Origin: Candidatus Poribacteria bacterium
Lineage (GTDB): Bacteria > Poribacteria > WGA-4E > WGA-3G
DNA: 64,000 nucleotides
Assembly (NCBI GenBank): GCA_963663765.2
Contig: CAXXUA010000005.1
Location: 512,001 to 576,000 of the forward strand
Direction of reading: 5' to 3'
The notes under the pieces are model-generated. The model was not told where the DNA came from and ran no database searches. It saw only the letters and a list, made by a program, of their open reading frames with translations. Both the position numbers and the translations under genes were made by a program. Positions 21,324 through 30,824 of this stretch are shown piece after piece; the first letter of the stretch is position 1, and each line of letters begins with the position of its first letter.

Positions 21324-22127
21324 ATGAATTCCAATGATTTACACATTGACGTAACTGACGAACAGGTGACTTTCTTCCAAGAAAATGGATACTTGAGCAT
21401 CCCGCGCATCACGACGGATAATGAAGTTGAATGGCTAAAAGGTATCTACGACAAACTCTTCAATGATCGCACGGGTGAAGAGCAAGGACGCTATTTTGAC
21501 CTTGCAGGTCCCCGCGCACATGCCGGTCAAGAAACACTGCCACAAGTATTAGGTCCAGAAGCACAATTCCCAGAACTCCGAGAGACAACCTATTTCAAAA
21601 ACGCACAACGACTTGCCGCAAAACTACTCGGAGAAGAACAGGAAAAGGTTGGTGGCGGCGGACACATGATACTCAAACCCGCACACTACGGGAACGAAAC
21701 GCCTTGGCATCAAGACGAAGCATATTGGAATCCCTCAGTCAGACCACACAGTTTAAGCGTGTGGCTGCCACTTGACAAAGCAACGCTTGAAAGTGGATGT
21801 CTACAGTTCATCCCGAAATCCCACAAAGGCGCCGTCCGTTGGCATCGCCACATAAACAACGACCCGCTTGTACACGGCTTAATTACCGATGATGTTGATC
21901 CGTCAGAAGCAGTCGCATGTCCAATACCCGCAGGCGGTGCAACGTTCCATCACTGCCGCACTTTACACTATTCCGAACCCAACAGCACCCCACAAGAACG
22001 GCGAGCATATATCCTTGTCTTCAGCGGTCCACACAAAAAATTGCACAAACCTGACCACCGTCCCTGGATAACAGAGGAACAGGAAGCACTCGCAAAACTA
22101 AAATCCTTAGCAGCAGATAGGGAATAG
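21324..22127 (+). CDS. Phytanoyl-CoA dioxygenase (PhyH) family protein
   Basis: TPWHQD (HxD), GCLQFIPKSH, distal His in TLHYS, followed by RRA. Confidence 0.92.
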   Translation: MNSNDLHIDVTDEQVTFFQENGYLSIPRITTDNEVEWLKGIYDKLFNDRTGEEQGRYFDLAGPRAHAGQETLPQVLGPEAQFPELRETTYFKNAQRLAAKLLGEEQEKVGGGGHMILKPAHYGNETPWHQDEAYWNPSVRPHSLSVWLPLDKATLESGCLQFIPKSHKGAVRWHRHINNDPLVHGLITDDVDPSEAVACPIPAGGATFHHCRTLHYSEPNSTPQERRAYILVFSGPHKKLHKPDHRPWITEEQEALAKLKSLAADRE

Positions 22128-22424
22128 TAATTAGAAGTAGTCGGCACACGCCGTGTGCCGTACACAAAAAAAGATGTCCAAGATTACAGACACAGCACAG
22201 AGAAACGAAAGGACAACCCATCCGCAGGTATCGCAGGATAAGGAAAATTAATGAAACTCGGTTTGCAATTGAAGGTGGACGATAAAAACACTGTCCCTAA
22301 CAATTGATTAAAACTATATATTAGGTTATAATATATTTAACTGAAGTTTATTTCAATTTATGTATGTATAGTCTATTTCTCTTGACCGCATTTGAAAAAT
22401 TGCTTACATATTGAGACTACTATC

Positions 22425-23585
22425 ATGGCTGAGTATGTTGATGGGATTAATCCTGAAATCCTCAAATGGGCGCGCGAACGTTCCGGTTATTCCTTGGATG
22501 CGGCTGCCAAAACTTTAAGTAAAGATATTTCATTCATCAATGAATGTGAGTCCGGCAATCTTGCACTGACTTATGCTCAACTTGAAACTTTAGCTGATAA
22601 GTACAAGCGTCCTGTAGCTATTTTCTTTTTTCCTGAACCGCCGGAAGAAGATAATATTGCTGAGAATCTTGCACTGCGAAGTTCTGACGTTGATCAATTA
22701 GAACCGAGAATCCATATTCTATTGCGACAAGCTTATGCACGACAACTTTCCTTGATGGAACTCAGCATGGGGAAAAATCCATCTGAAAATCAAATATTTA
22801 GAGACTTTCACGCCCAACTTAATGATTCACCTTTGGAATTAGCAAAACAGACTCGAGTGTATCTGAACATCAGTGTTGACCAACAAACAAATTGGAAAAA
22901 TTCCACAATAGCATTGGAAACTTGGCGGGAATGTATTCAAGAAAAAGGTATTTTCATTTTTAAAGAAGCATTTAAAAATAATTCTGTCGATGGATTTTGC
23001 CTTGTACATGATGTGTTTCCTGTAATCTATCTCAATAATAGTCGACCAGTAGTCCGACAAATTTTTACTTTGTTCCATGAATTAGCACACCTGCTACTTG
23101 GTAAAAACGGGATTACCCGTGACATTAACCCTACAGGTGAAAAAATTGAAACATTCTGTAACCAATTTGCTGCTGAATTTCTTGTGCCATCTGATGACTT
23201 AGAATCTCACCTTAAGTTTCCTGATTACGATGATAATACTGTAGAAAAATTGGCAAGTATTTATAAAGTTAGCCGTCCAGTCATTTTGTTAAAGTTAGTC
23301 AATAAGGGGATTCTTACGAATGAAATTTATCTGCAGAAAATAAAGGGGTGGACAGCATTATATGAATCACATAGAGAACAAAAAACCAGAGATGAATCCC
23401 CAGGCGGCGGAAACTATTACAATACTCAAACAGAATATTTAGGTCCGAGATATATGGAACTTGCTTTTAGCAAGTTTTACCAGGGGCAATGTACGATTGA
23501 ACAACTCTCAGAGCATCTAAACGTCAAGGTTAAGAATTTATCTGGGCTTGAAGACTGCCTGTTCAGAAAGGCAGTTCGTAAATGA
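22425..23585 (+). CDS. XRE-HTH + ImmA/IrrE zinc metallopeptidase
   Basis: INPEILKWARE HTH start; FTLFHELAH (HExxH); E..CNQFAAEFLVP. Confidence 0.9.
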   Translation: MAEYVDGINPEILKWARERSGYSLDAAAKTLSKDISFINECESGNLALTYAQLETLADKYKRPVAIFFFPEPPEEDNIAENLALRSSDVDQLEPRIHILLRQAYARQLSLMELSMGKNPSENQIFRDFHAQLNDSPLELAKQTRVYLNISVDQQTNWKNSTIALETWRECIQEKGIFIFKEAFKNNSVDGFCLVHDVFPVIYLNNSRPVVRQIFTLFHELAHLLLGKNGITRDINPTGEKIETFCNQFAAEFLVPSDDLESHLKFPDYDDNTVEKLASIYKVSRPVILLKLVNKGILTNEIYLQKIKGWTALYESHREQKTRDESPGGGNYYNTQTEYLGPRYMELAFSKFYQGQCTIEQLSEHLNVKVKNLSGLEDCLFRKAVRK

Positions 23586-24289
23586 TCTACGTATTTGACA
23601 CCAATAGTTTTAGTGTCCTTGGTAATTATTACCCTAACCAATTCCAAACTATTTGGCAATATTTACGAGTTGTGCTAAATAACTCTATGTTAATCATTGT
23701 TTCATTTCACATAAGGATGACGTTTTGCAGGTGACCTTCATAGCTTGAAACGATCTTCAGTCCAGTAGGGACGATATGTTTATAGAAAAATGTCATAATA
23801 CATCCTCTTTAGTCCCGTAGGGACGATATGTGTGCATTATAAACCTAATATATGTAATAACTTTGAAAACAATGGGTTAACTGGCACAAGTCGTAATATT
23901 TCGATCAAGCAATGAAAGATGGAAAGATTATCTCTGTAAAAGAAGTTGAAAGAGAACTACAACGGTACACGCGGTATCCTCATTTATCTGATTGGATAAA
24001 ACGGAATAAAAACATTTTTGTGAAACCGGGTACTGCAGAAACGCAATTTGTTAGGCAAATTTTCTTAGTGCCACATTTCCAAAACTTAGTAAATGAGAAA
24101 AATCGTTTAACTGGATACCCGTGTGCCGATCCATTCATCATTGCCTTAGCCAAAACAATAAACGGTTGTGTTGTCACTGAAGAAAAAGAGAAACCTAACG
24201 CTCCTAAAATACCAAACGTTTGTGACCATTTTAAAGTTCCATTTACTAACTTGCGGGGATTCATGGAAAGAGAAAAATGGAAATTCTAA
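23582..24289 (+). pseudogene. DUF4411-like PIN-domain protein interrupted by a MITE
   Basis: Removing the insert and one target-site copy restores MIYVFDTNSF...WQYFDQAMKDG...ADPFIIALA...KIPNVC; ATGA overlap with the upstream gene. Confidence 0.9.
23664..23895. mobile_element. MITE, about 230 bp
   Basis: Ends TACGAGTTGTGC / GCACAAGTCGTA; flanked by ATATT (or AATATTT) duplication; internal GTAGGGACGATATG repeats. Confidence 0.88.
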
Positions 24290-24443
24290 ATGTAATATAA
24301 TAACTAACAATGCAATACAATAAATCCATTCAAACTTTGATTGTAAAACGAATTAGCATAAGAATAATGCATATACCATTTTATAAAGTAATATCTCATT
24401 TAGGAAGACTTCTTCCTGTGCTTGCGCGGACCTCCCATGTCCT

Positions 24444-24696
24444 CCGCTTGTACACGGCTTAATTACCGATGATGTTGATCCGTCAGAAGCAGTCGCATGT
24501 CCAATACCCGCAAGCGGAGCAACGTTCCATCACTGCCGCACTTTACACTATTCCGCACCCAACAGCACCCCACAAGAACGGCGAGCATATATCCTTGTCT
24601 TCAGCGGTCCACACCAAAAATTGGACAAACCTGACCACCGTCCCTGGATAACAGAGGAACAGGAAGCACTCGCAAAACTAAAATCCTTAGCAGCAG
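24444..24696 (+). repeat. Stranded duplicate of the phyH 3' end
   Basis: 253 bp matching 21864-22116 with about 5 substitutions; ends in its own TAA. Confidence 0.95.
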
Positions 24697-24709
24697 GTAA
24701 AAATTAACA

Positions 24710-24752
24710 CAAAATCTCGCTGAATGCTATACACGCATTCAGCGAGATTTTG
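24710..24752. terminator. Hairpin, probable terminator after the phyH 3' remnant
   Basis: CAAAATCTCGCTGAATGC-N7-GCATTCAGCGAGATTTTG. Confidence 0.65.
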
Positions 24753-24873
24753 AATTTGTAATGTTTCAAATCGCTAAATCGCATTGATCTGCCCAGAAAC
24801 GGAACACAACCTAACAGGTCGTGCTACAACACCCTCGTTAGGTTCGGTTTCCTAACCAATACAGAATACCACA

Positions 24874-24988
24874 CGGGGAATGCTTTATAGCATTCATACC
24901 CGGGGAATGCTTTATAGCATTCATACCCGGGGAATGCTTTATAGCATTCATACCGTTGATTTCTTGATTTCTTGATTACTTGATTTGG
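24874..24988. repeat. 3 x 27-bp hairpin tandem repeat plus TTGATTTC tail
   Basis: CGGGGAATGCTTTATAGCATTCATACC three times; related copies near 34176, 46870 and 52735 (inverted). Confidence 0.9.
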
Positions 24989-25055
24989 CGTATTCTGCTT
25001 ACCCTATTGTCCAATTAATTCTAAAGTCTACTATAATAGTAAAGCAGGAACTGCA

Positions 25056-26522
25056 TCAATTGGCAAATAGATAATCGTTATTGATATTTTCTATTACCTC
25101 AAGGCATGTTTTTCCGTTAACTAACTGATGATAGTATTGTACGACACGTCTGCAAAAGTCTTGATTCTGGTTTAAGACGTTGTCGGGTGTAGGATCCTGT
25201 GGCGACCAAAGGGTTGTATTTGAAAAAATGATATCCATACGGTTTTGCACGTCTGTTATGCTCGCACCAAATGCACCGTTCAATGTGTCCTGTATTGTTC
25301 TGTCGGGGTCACGTATTTCGTATTGTGTTCTGGTGTCGGTTATGCCTTGGTAGTCGTCACCTGATATTGTGTGAGGTGTCAAAAAGCGTAGCACTGTCGC
25401 GAAGGAATAAGCAAACTCGGCTTTGAAGAGGTCTGTGCTTATATGATAGTTAGGTGATCGGACGATGTCTGCAGCACGTTCACGGAGTTTTACTGTCTCA
25501 ATGATGTTGATGCGTGCGTTATCATCTTTGATTCTCCGGATGCGTTCAATGAATTCCAAGGTATACGCTTCGGCACTTTTTCCGGTTATTGGAATGTCAG
25601 TCTCAACAATTTTGGCGTATCCTTTCATCAACCTTTCCAGATGTGGTGCGAATGTTGGATGTGATGCTGCCTCATTAACGTATTCAATACCAGAAAGCAT
25701 GCCTTTGTGTGTAATTCCCGGCACGTGTACGGAGTTCACCAAAAGCAGTTTCCAATCATGATAAGGTTCAATACTCTCCTGACTAACAACAACGCCATAG
25801 TCATCAAGTTTGCCAAATGGGACGCGCAGCCTGTTCTCTAAGTCTTCCAAAATTAGTGATGTCACAGGCATCTGTTCTGCATAAGTTATCAAAGCATCTG
25901 TGCTTTTGATCTGTGCTTGTGCTGCGTCTTTGATTTCACCTGGGACAGCGTGGACTTGCGGGACGAGTCGGTCACCCATTTCGTTGAGAAATCCAACATT
26001 TGTTTCTAACCATTTTGCGTGATCATTTGAACGTTTTGGATACTCGTTGATAAGAATGTCCCGAACAATGTCTCCGTTGTTTCGTAGATTATCTGTGTTT
26101 ATGACACAAAGGGATGCGTTTGTTCCGTGATGTGTATAGTAGCGATAGAGTGTTTCGTCTAACACGTCCATTGCGAGTTCACCTTTGGCTATTCCTGCCT
26201 CTGTTACGCCTATTAGAATAAGGTCTAACTCGTTTTTGGTTTTTGCGTAGAATTGTTCGCGTCCTTCTTCTGTTGAGAGTGTCGTTGCGCCGACAACGGA
26301 TGAAATCTGTTGGACGTCATAGATACCGCTATGGTCAAATGAAACGACGTGATATATCCCGTTCTGTTGATTGAATGCGTCTGCTTTCTCGGTGCCTCGG
26401 GGTTGTCCTATATATATGCCTCCCTCATAGAGATTGCGGTTGTTGAGAATGTCAACGAATTGATGTGTTAGCGCGCGTTGTAGACCACCTGCACCGATGG
26501 CAAGTATTTTGGTTGGTAGCAT
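25056..26522 (-). CDS. Mannitol dehydrogenase / tagaturonate reductase-like oxidoreductase
   Basis: IGAGGLQRA, TEAGI, DNLRNNG, MGDRLVP and KLLLVN motifs of the polyol-specific long-chain dehydrogenases. Confidence 0.75.
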   Translation of the reverse strand: MLPTKILAIGAGGLQRALTHQFVDILNNRNLYEGGIYIGQPRGTEKADAFNQQNGIYHVVSFDHSGIYDVQQISSVVGATTLSTEEGREQFYAKTKNELDLILIGVTEAGIAKGELAMDVLDETLYRYYTHHGTNASLCVINTDNLRNNGDIVRDILINEYPKRSNDHAKWLETNVGFLNEMGDRLVPQVHAVPGEIKDAAQAQIKSTDALITYAEQMPVTSLILEDLENRLRVPFGKLDDYGVVVSQESIEPYHDWKLLLVNSVHVPGITHKGMLSGIEYVNEAASHPTFAPHLERLMKGYAKIVETDIPITGKSAEAYTLEFIERIRRIKDDNARINIIETVKLRERAADIVRSPNYHISTDLFKAEFAYSFATVLRFLTPHTISGDDYQGITDTRTQYEIRDPDRTIQDTLNGAFGASITDVQNRMDIIFSNTTLWSPQDPTPDNVLNQNQDFCRRVVQYYHQLVNGKTCLEVIENINNDYLFAN

Positions 26523-26554
26523 GTGTTAGTTGTTCTCCTTTCAAAAGTTCGCTC

Positions 26555-27715
26555 CTACTGGAGGATTTCTTCATAGAGATTGAGATATGCATCTGCGATG
26601 TTTTTCCAGTCGTAGGGTTTGACTTTTTCGTTGTTTGCTTTTCCCATTTCAAGTCGTTTTTCTCCTGCGTTTATTAGTTTTATGAGACATTGTGCAAGTT
26701 CGTCAACATCGGCGGTGTTGAACAAGGCACCGTTAACACCGTCTTCCACCAATTCATCAATACCTTCCACACGGCTTGCAATGATGGGTAGACCTGTTCC
26801 CATTGCGTCTAAAACGACGAGGGGCATCCCTTCTGATAGTGATGGTAATATGAAAATGTCCGCTTCACGATACTTTTGCGGTAGTTCTTCGTATAGCACT
26901 GAGCCAGTGAAATGGATGTAAGAGTTGACATTGAGCTTTTTTGCTAATGCTGTAAGTTCTTCACTGTAGGGTCCGTCACCGACAATCTCTATCTCAAATT
27001 TGTGTTCAACCTTGTCAAGTATTTTCGGTAGTGCGCGAATGAGAAATTGAAATCCCTTACGTGGAATGAGCCTACCCACTGCAAGGCATCGGACTATCTG
27101 TGGATTTGCGGTACGTTGTGATGGATCATAACTTTTCCAATCTAAACCATCGGGAATGACATTGATGTGGACAGCATCTGTGAGATGTGCAAGGTCGCGT
27201 AGGTCGTCACTGCATGAAACGACTGCAGAGGCGTTGTCCCAAATTGCTCGGATCAACGGCTTTAGTAGTAGATATAACCAACGATAATAGGGAGGGTCGG
27301 GATCGGGTCGTGGTACGTCTCTACCACCTAAGAACACGGCATAAGGGATTTTCCTGAATTTCTGCAGAAGATATGCACCACCGCCTGCGGGGATACCGAA
27401 AAAGACCTGAACGATGTCTGGCTTGAACTGCTTTGCAAACCTCAACCCGTAAATACTGGAACTTATGGAGTATGTTAGCATTTCGTGAACTGCACAGACA
27501 TTTGGATTTTTTCGGAGTGCACTTACCCTATGCACATGAAATCCTTCAACTTCCTCTCTTTTTAAACAATCACGGTATTGCGATGTAATGAGATGCACTT
27601 TGTGACCTGCAGCAGCGAAATGTTTTCCAAGAAAATAACTTACTCTACCACCCCCTCCACCGATGGGAGGAAACTCGTGATTGAACATCAAAATTCTTCG
27701 TTGATGTGAAGCCAA
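26555..27715 (-). CDS. GT4 family glycosyltransferase
   Basis: FPPIGGG, GRLIPRKG and EGMPLVVLDAM motifs. Confidence 0.92.
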   Translation of the reverse strand: MASHQRRILMFNHEFPPIGGGGGRVSYFLGKHFAAAGHKVHLITSQYRDCLKREEVEGFHVHRVSALRKNPNVCAVHEMLTYSISSSIYGLRFAKQFKPDIVQVFFGIPAGGGAYLLQKFRKIPYAVFLGGRDVPRPDPDPPYYRWLYLLLKPLIRAIWDNASAVVSCSDDLRDLAHLTDAVHINVIPDGLDWKSYDPSQRTANPQIVRCLAVGRLIPRKGFQFLIRALPKILDKVEHKFEIEIVGDGPYSEELTALAKKLNVNSYIHFTGSVLYEELPQKYREADIFILPSLSEGMPLVVLDAMGTGLPIIASRVEGIDELVEDGVNGALFNTADVDELAQCLIKLINAGEKRLEMGKANNEKVKPYDWKNIADAYLNLYEEILQ

Positions 27716-28621
27716 TTAGTTACCTATTTTTCCTTGTTTCGTACGATTCTTTGCTAAATCCACCGCAAAATCTATCATAGTTTTAGCGATGTTAGTGCCG
27801 GTGACGGACTGCAGTTCCTCAAATCCTGGTGAGGTGTTGACTTCCAAGATGACGGGTCCGTTATTCGTTTGAAGTAGGTCTACGCCTGCGATGTCTAAAT
27901 TTAATGCTGCAGCTGCGGCTGCGGCGATACGGTTATATTCCTCTGTCAACTTTATTGCTTGTCCGTTAGCTCCTTGATGTATGTTTGCTCGGAATTCACC
28001 TGCGGTTGCACACCTTTTCATTGCTGCTATGACTTTGCCTCCAACGACGAGAATTCGGTAATCTACACCAGCTGCTTCTGCAATAAAGGATTGGATGATG
28101 TAATCTTTGTGAAGTTCGCACATTGCTTCTACAGTTGAGGCCAATGAGGTAGGTGTATCTAATAACATGACACCGATTCCATGTGTTCCGTAAAAGGGTT
28201 TTAGGATGAATGGATAATCGCCTATGTGAGTTACTGCGTCTTCTAAGAATGAGGCAGAACCGACGGTAAGACTGGGTGGAATAGGTAATCCGTGTTGTGC
28301 AAGGATACGTAGGGAACGGAACTTGTTTCGCGCGTTTGCTATGGCATTTGCAGAATTGACGACAGGGATACCGAGCCATTCAAAGTGTAGGACAACCTCT
28401 CCACCGTATCTTGCTGTTGCGTTGCTGAGGCGCGGGATTACGACATCAAAGTTTTCTGCATTTGTGCCGTCGTAGGTCATTCGGGGACCGGTTCCCCCGA
28501 TTTGCATGTAGAATCCGAATGGGTCTCTGACATGTACAGTGTGTCCTGCTTTTTCGGCAGCTTCAACGAGACTTCGGGTTGAGTGGTTATCGGGACCACG
28601 GGAAAGGATGGCAATGTTCAT
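27716..28621 (-). CDS. RimK-family alpha-L-glutamate ligase (ATP-grasp)
   Basis: MNIAILSR, GTHGIGV, FRANIHQG and LEVNTSPG motifs. Confidence 0.9.
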   Translation of the reverse strand: MNIAILSRGPDNHSTRSLVEAAEKAGHTVHVRDPFGFYMQIGGTGPRMTYDGTNAENFDVVIPRLSNATARYGGEVVLHFEWLGIPVVNSANAIANARNKFRSLRILAQHGLPIPPSLTVGSASFLEDAVTHIGDYPFILKPFYGTHGIGVMLLDTPTSLASTVEAMCELHKDYIIQSFIAEAAGVDYRILVVGGKVIAAMKRCATAGEFRANIHQGANGQAIKLTEEYNRIAAAAAAALNLDIAGVDLLQTNNGPVILEVNTSPGFEELQSVTGTNIAKTMIDFAVDLAKNRTKQGKIGN

Positions 28622-28896
28622 AGTCAAGATAGTTTTCAGTTGTCAGTTGTTAGTTATCAGCAACATCATAATGATTTAATCAGTAATTTGTTGCCAGAAT
28701 TGCTGATTACGCGAATTTCACGGACTATTCTTTTGTCTGAACAAGGATTTTCAGGATTTCCAGATTACCAGGATTTGACTCTTCCCCACTGTCATTGCAT
28801 TCTTAAAACCACTCATATTGCAGAATAATGTATGCTCATCGTTTTTCCAATCACGACGCGCTTTGTAAGTGCCCCATCGTTTTGGGTATGTCGCTG

Positions 28897-28960
28897 TCAA
28901 CTATTCTGGTACGTTTCTTTCAGGAAAACTTCTAATTCCTCAAAGGTATCAAATATCGGT
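28897..28960 (-). repeat. Stranded duplicate of the 3' end of the kinase/NDT gene
   Basis: Encodes IFDTFEELEVFLKETYQNS*, against IFDSFEELDDFLKETYQNRRD* at 30825-30895. Confidence 0.88.
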
Positions 28961-30762
28961 TAATTTGGATACAACCATATTTTGAGTGCCTTCTGTGCGA
29001 GTTCTTCCGCTCTCTTTTTAATAGCATTTTCGTTCCATTGCTTTGCATGGACGAGGCTTTTATTTAGGTGTAACGGACTCTCGCAAAATCCACCGTTTAT
29101 ACATTGTTTTTTGTTGAAAGGTAGATCGCTTAACGCCGGATTATCCCTTTTTCCGATAAGAGTAAGGTTGCCAATTGTATGAAGGTATTTTTCCTGAATC
29201 TCTTGCCAGTTTTCACCTAATTCCTGTTGCCATTCCTCGGGTAGATCAGAATTTTGCGGCATCACATGCTCAATCGTGCAGTTTGCAACGCTTATTGGTT
29301 CTCTGCGTTCTGAATTCTCAAGTTTACGCAGCAGATAATTACACCTGTTAAAATTATAAACATCTTTTAAGAGTAATGCTTGCTTAAATTCTCTGTCTGA
29401 AGGATAACGCCTTGTAGATATAAGTTGCAAGAATGCAGCCTTCACACTTTCAAGATATTTGTCTTTGTCTACTTTTGTCATCAGAGTCGCAAAAGTTGTG
29501 TTCAAGGTATTTGTCGGAATTCCGCATATAGAACGTCGAAAAACGTAACTTTCTACTAAGCAAAGGATTTTGATAAACTCTGGTTTTTGGATATGTTTCC
29601 GCGTATAGTCTTCATAGACTTCAATCAATAGTGGAAAGGCAACTGTAACATCAAGCGAATTGATATTCTCAAAGCAATCTTGAAGGCCAATGTCATCTTC
29701 CTGATCTAGTGCAATGCATACGTAGTGCCTTGAAAAACGGGAAATGTCCTTGATAATCGGTTCTATAGTTTCTAACGCTTCTGAATTTTTTCTTTCTTGA
29801 ATATAAACTTTGAAACGTTCGTAAACGCTATTAATCTTCGGAATCTGCCGCGTTTCTAACGTGAGATAATCCCTAATGAACGAGTCGAACCAGCCAGTGT
29901 ATTGATCTCCAAAACGCTGCTCCATAGGAAGCCAATATATTTCATATAGCTTGTTTTGGAAATCACGTTCTTGTCCCATAAGCACATAGTTGCGAATGAG
30001 ATCTGCTTGTGAAAGTTCAAGTCCTGTAGAATTGAGACTCTCAAAAATCAGTTGAGGATTATCGTCAGGGCGATCCAAAACGATATCTACTATTCTTAAT
30101 CTTTGAATTCCAATATACACTGCCTTAAGGTCTGCACTTTTAAGTTTTGCTTCAAAAAAACGATAGTTTTCCACTAACTGCGGAGCATTATTGGCGGGGA
30201 GTTCTCTATCTTCCAACAACTGAATCAATTTACCTTTATTATGATGGTTAGTAATTTGGAACCAGTTTACATCAATTCCATCCAACAGATGAATTAGGGA
30301 ATCCTTATCGTGCTGAGTGAGCAACTGCTTGTATCGCAACTCATCTGTTCTACGGACATTAAGGTAGTAGTCCGAAAGTTCTTCAGGTGTTATACCTATA
30401 TCAACATTCTGTCCTTCAACTGCTCTACTGAGTGCCGCAAGCAAAAGGGTTAAAGATGTTAACCTCTGTTGACCGTCAATAACATGCAGTTCGCGTACTC
30501 TTGAAGCGTTATTAACTTTTGGGTCAATGTAGACGATTGAACCGAGAAAATGGGATATGTTATTACTATTTTGTCCCAGACGTAGTACATCATCCCACAG
30601 TTTTTCGCAGTGGTGTTTTTTCCAACTGTACCTACGTTGGAAGATTGGTACAGAAAATTGCTTATTGCCATCTAATAATTGTAGAAAATCTGTATCATGT
30701 GCTTCCATAGATTGTATATTCCTCCATATCTGGTCAATATTAGATACACCATTTTCAGACAA
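28960..30762 (-). CDS. GmrSD-like type IV restriction nuclease (DUF262 + DUF1524)
   Basis: PIFQRRYSW, IDGQQR, IFESLNSTG, IEHVMPQ and IGNLTL motifs. Confidence 0.92.
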   Translation of the reverse strand: MSENGVSNIDQIWRNIQSMEAHDTDFLQLLDGNKQFSVPIFQRRYSWKKHHCEKLWDDVLRLGQNSNNISHFLGSIVYIDPKVNNASRVRELHVIDGQQRLTSLTLLLAALSRAVEGQNVDIGITPEELSDYYLNVRRTDELRYKQLLTQHDKDSLIHLLDGIDVNWFQITNHHNKGKLIQLLEDRELPANNAPQLVENYRFFEAKLKSADLKAVYIGIQRLRIVDIVLDRPDDNPQLIFESLNSTGLELSQADLIRNYVLMGQERDFQNKLYEIYWLPMEQRFGDQYTGWFDSFIRDYLTLETRQIPKINSVYERFKVYIQERKNSEALETIEPIIKDISRFSRHYVCIALDQEDDIGLQDCFENINSLDVTVAFPLLIEVYEDYTRKHIQKPEFIKILCLVESYVFRRSICGIPTNTLNTTFATLMTKVDKDKYLESVKAAFLQLISTRRYPSDREFKQALLLKDVYNFNRCNYLLRKLENSERREPISVANCTIEHVMPQNSDLPEEWQQELGENWQEIQEKYLHTIGNLTLIGKRDNPALSDLPFNKKQCINGGFCESPLHLNKSLVHAKQWNENAIKKRAEELAQKALKIWLYPN

Positions 30763-30824
30763 GAGTTATGAATTCTAACTTCTCAGTAGAAATTGCAAAT
30801 TGATAAAAAAGCAGGTATACGCAT

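Noticed and set aside
22240-22312. RBS plus MKLGLQL... start after phyH
   Set aside because: It stops after 18 codons; at most a truncated gene start and too short to call.
24874-24954. CRISPR-like palindromic repeats
   Set aside because: There are no spacers; the unit is a dispersed repeat found at other loci.
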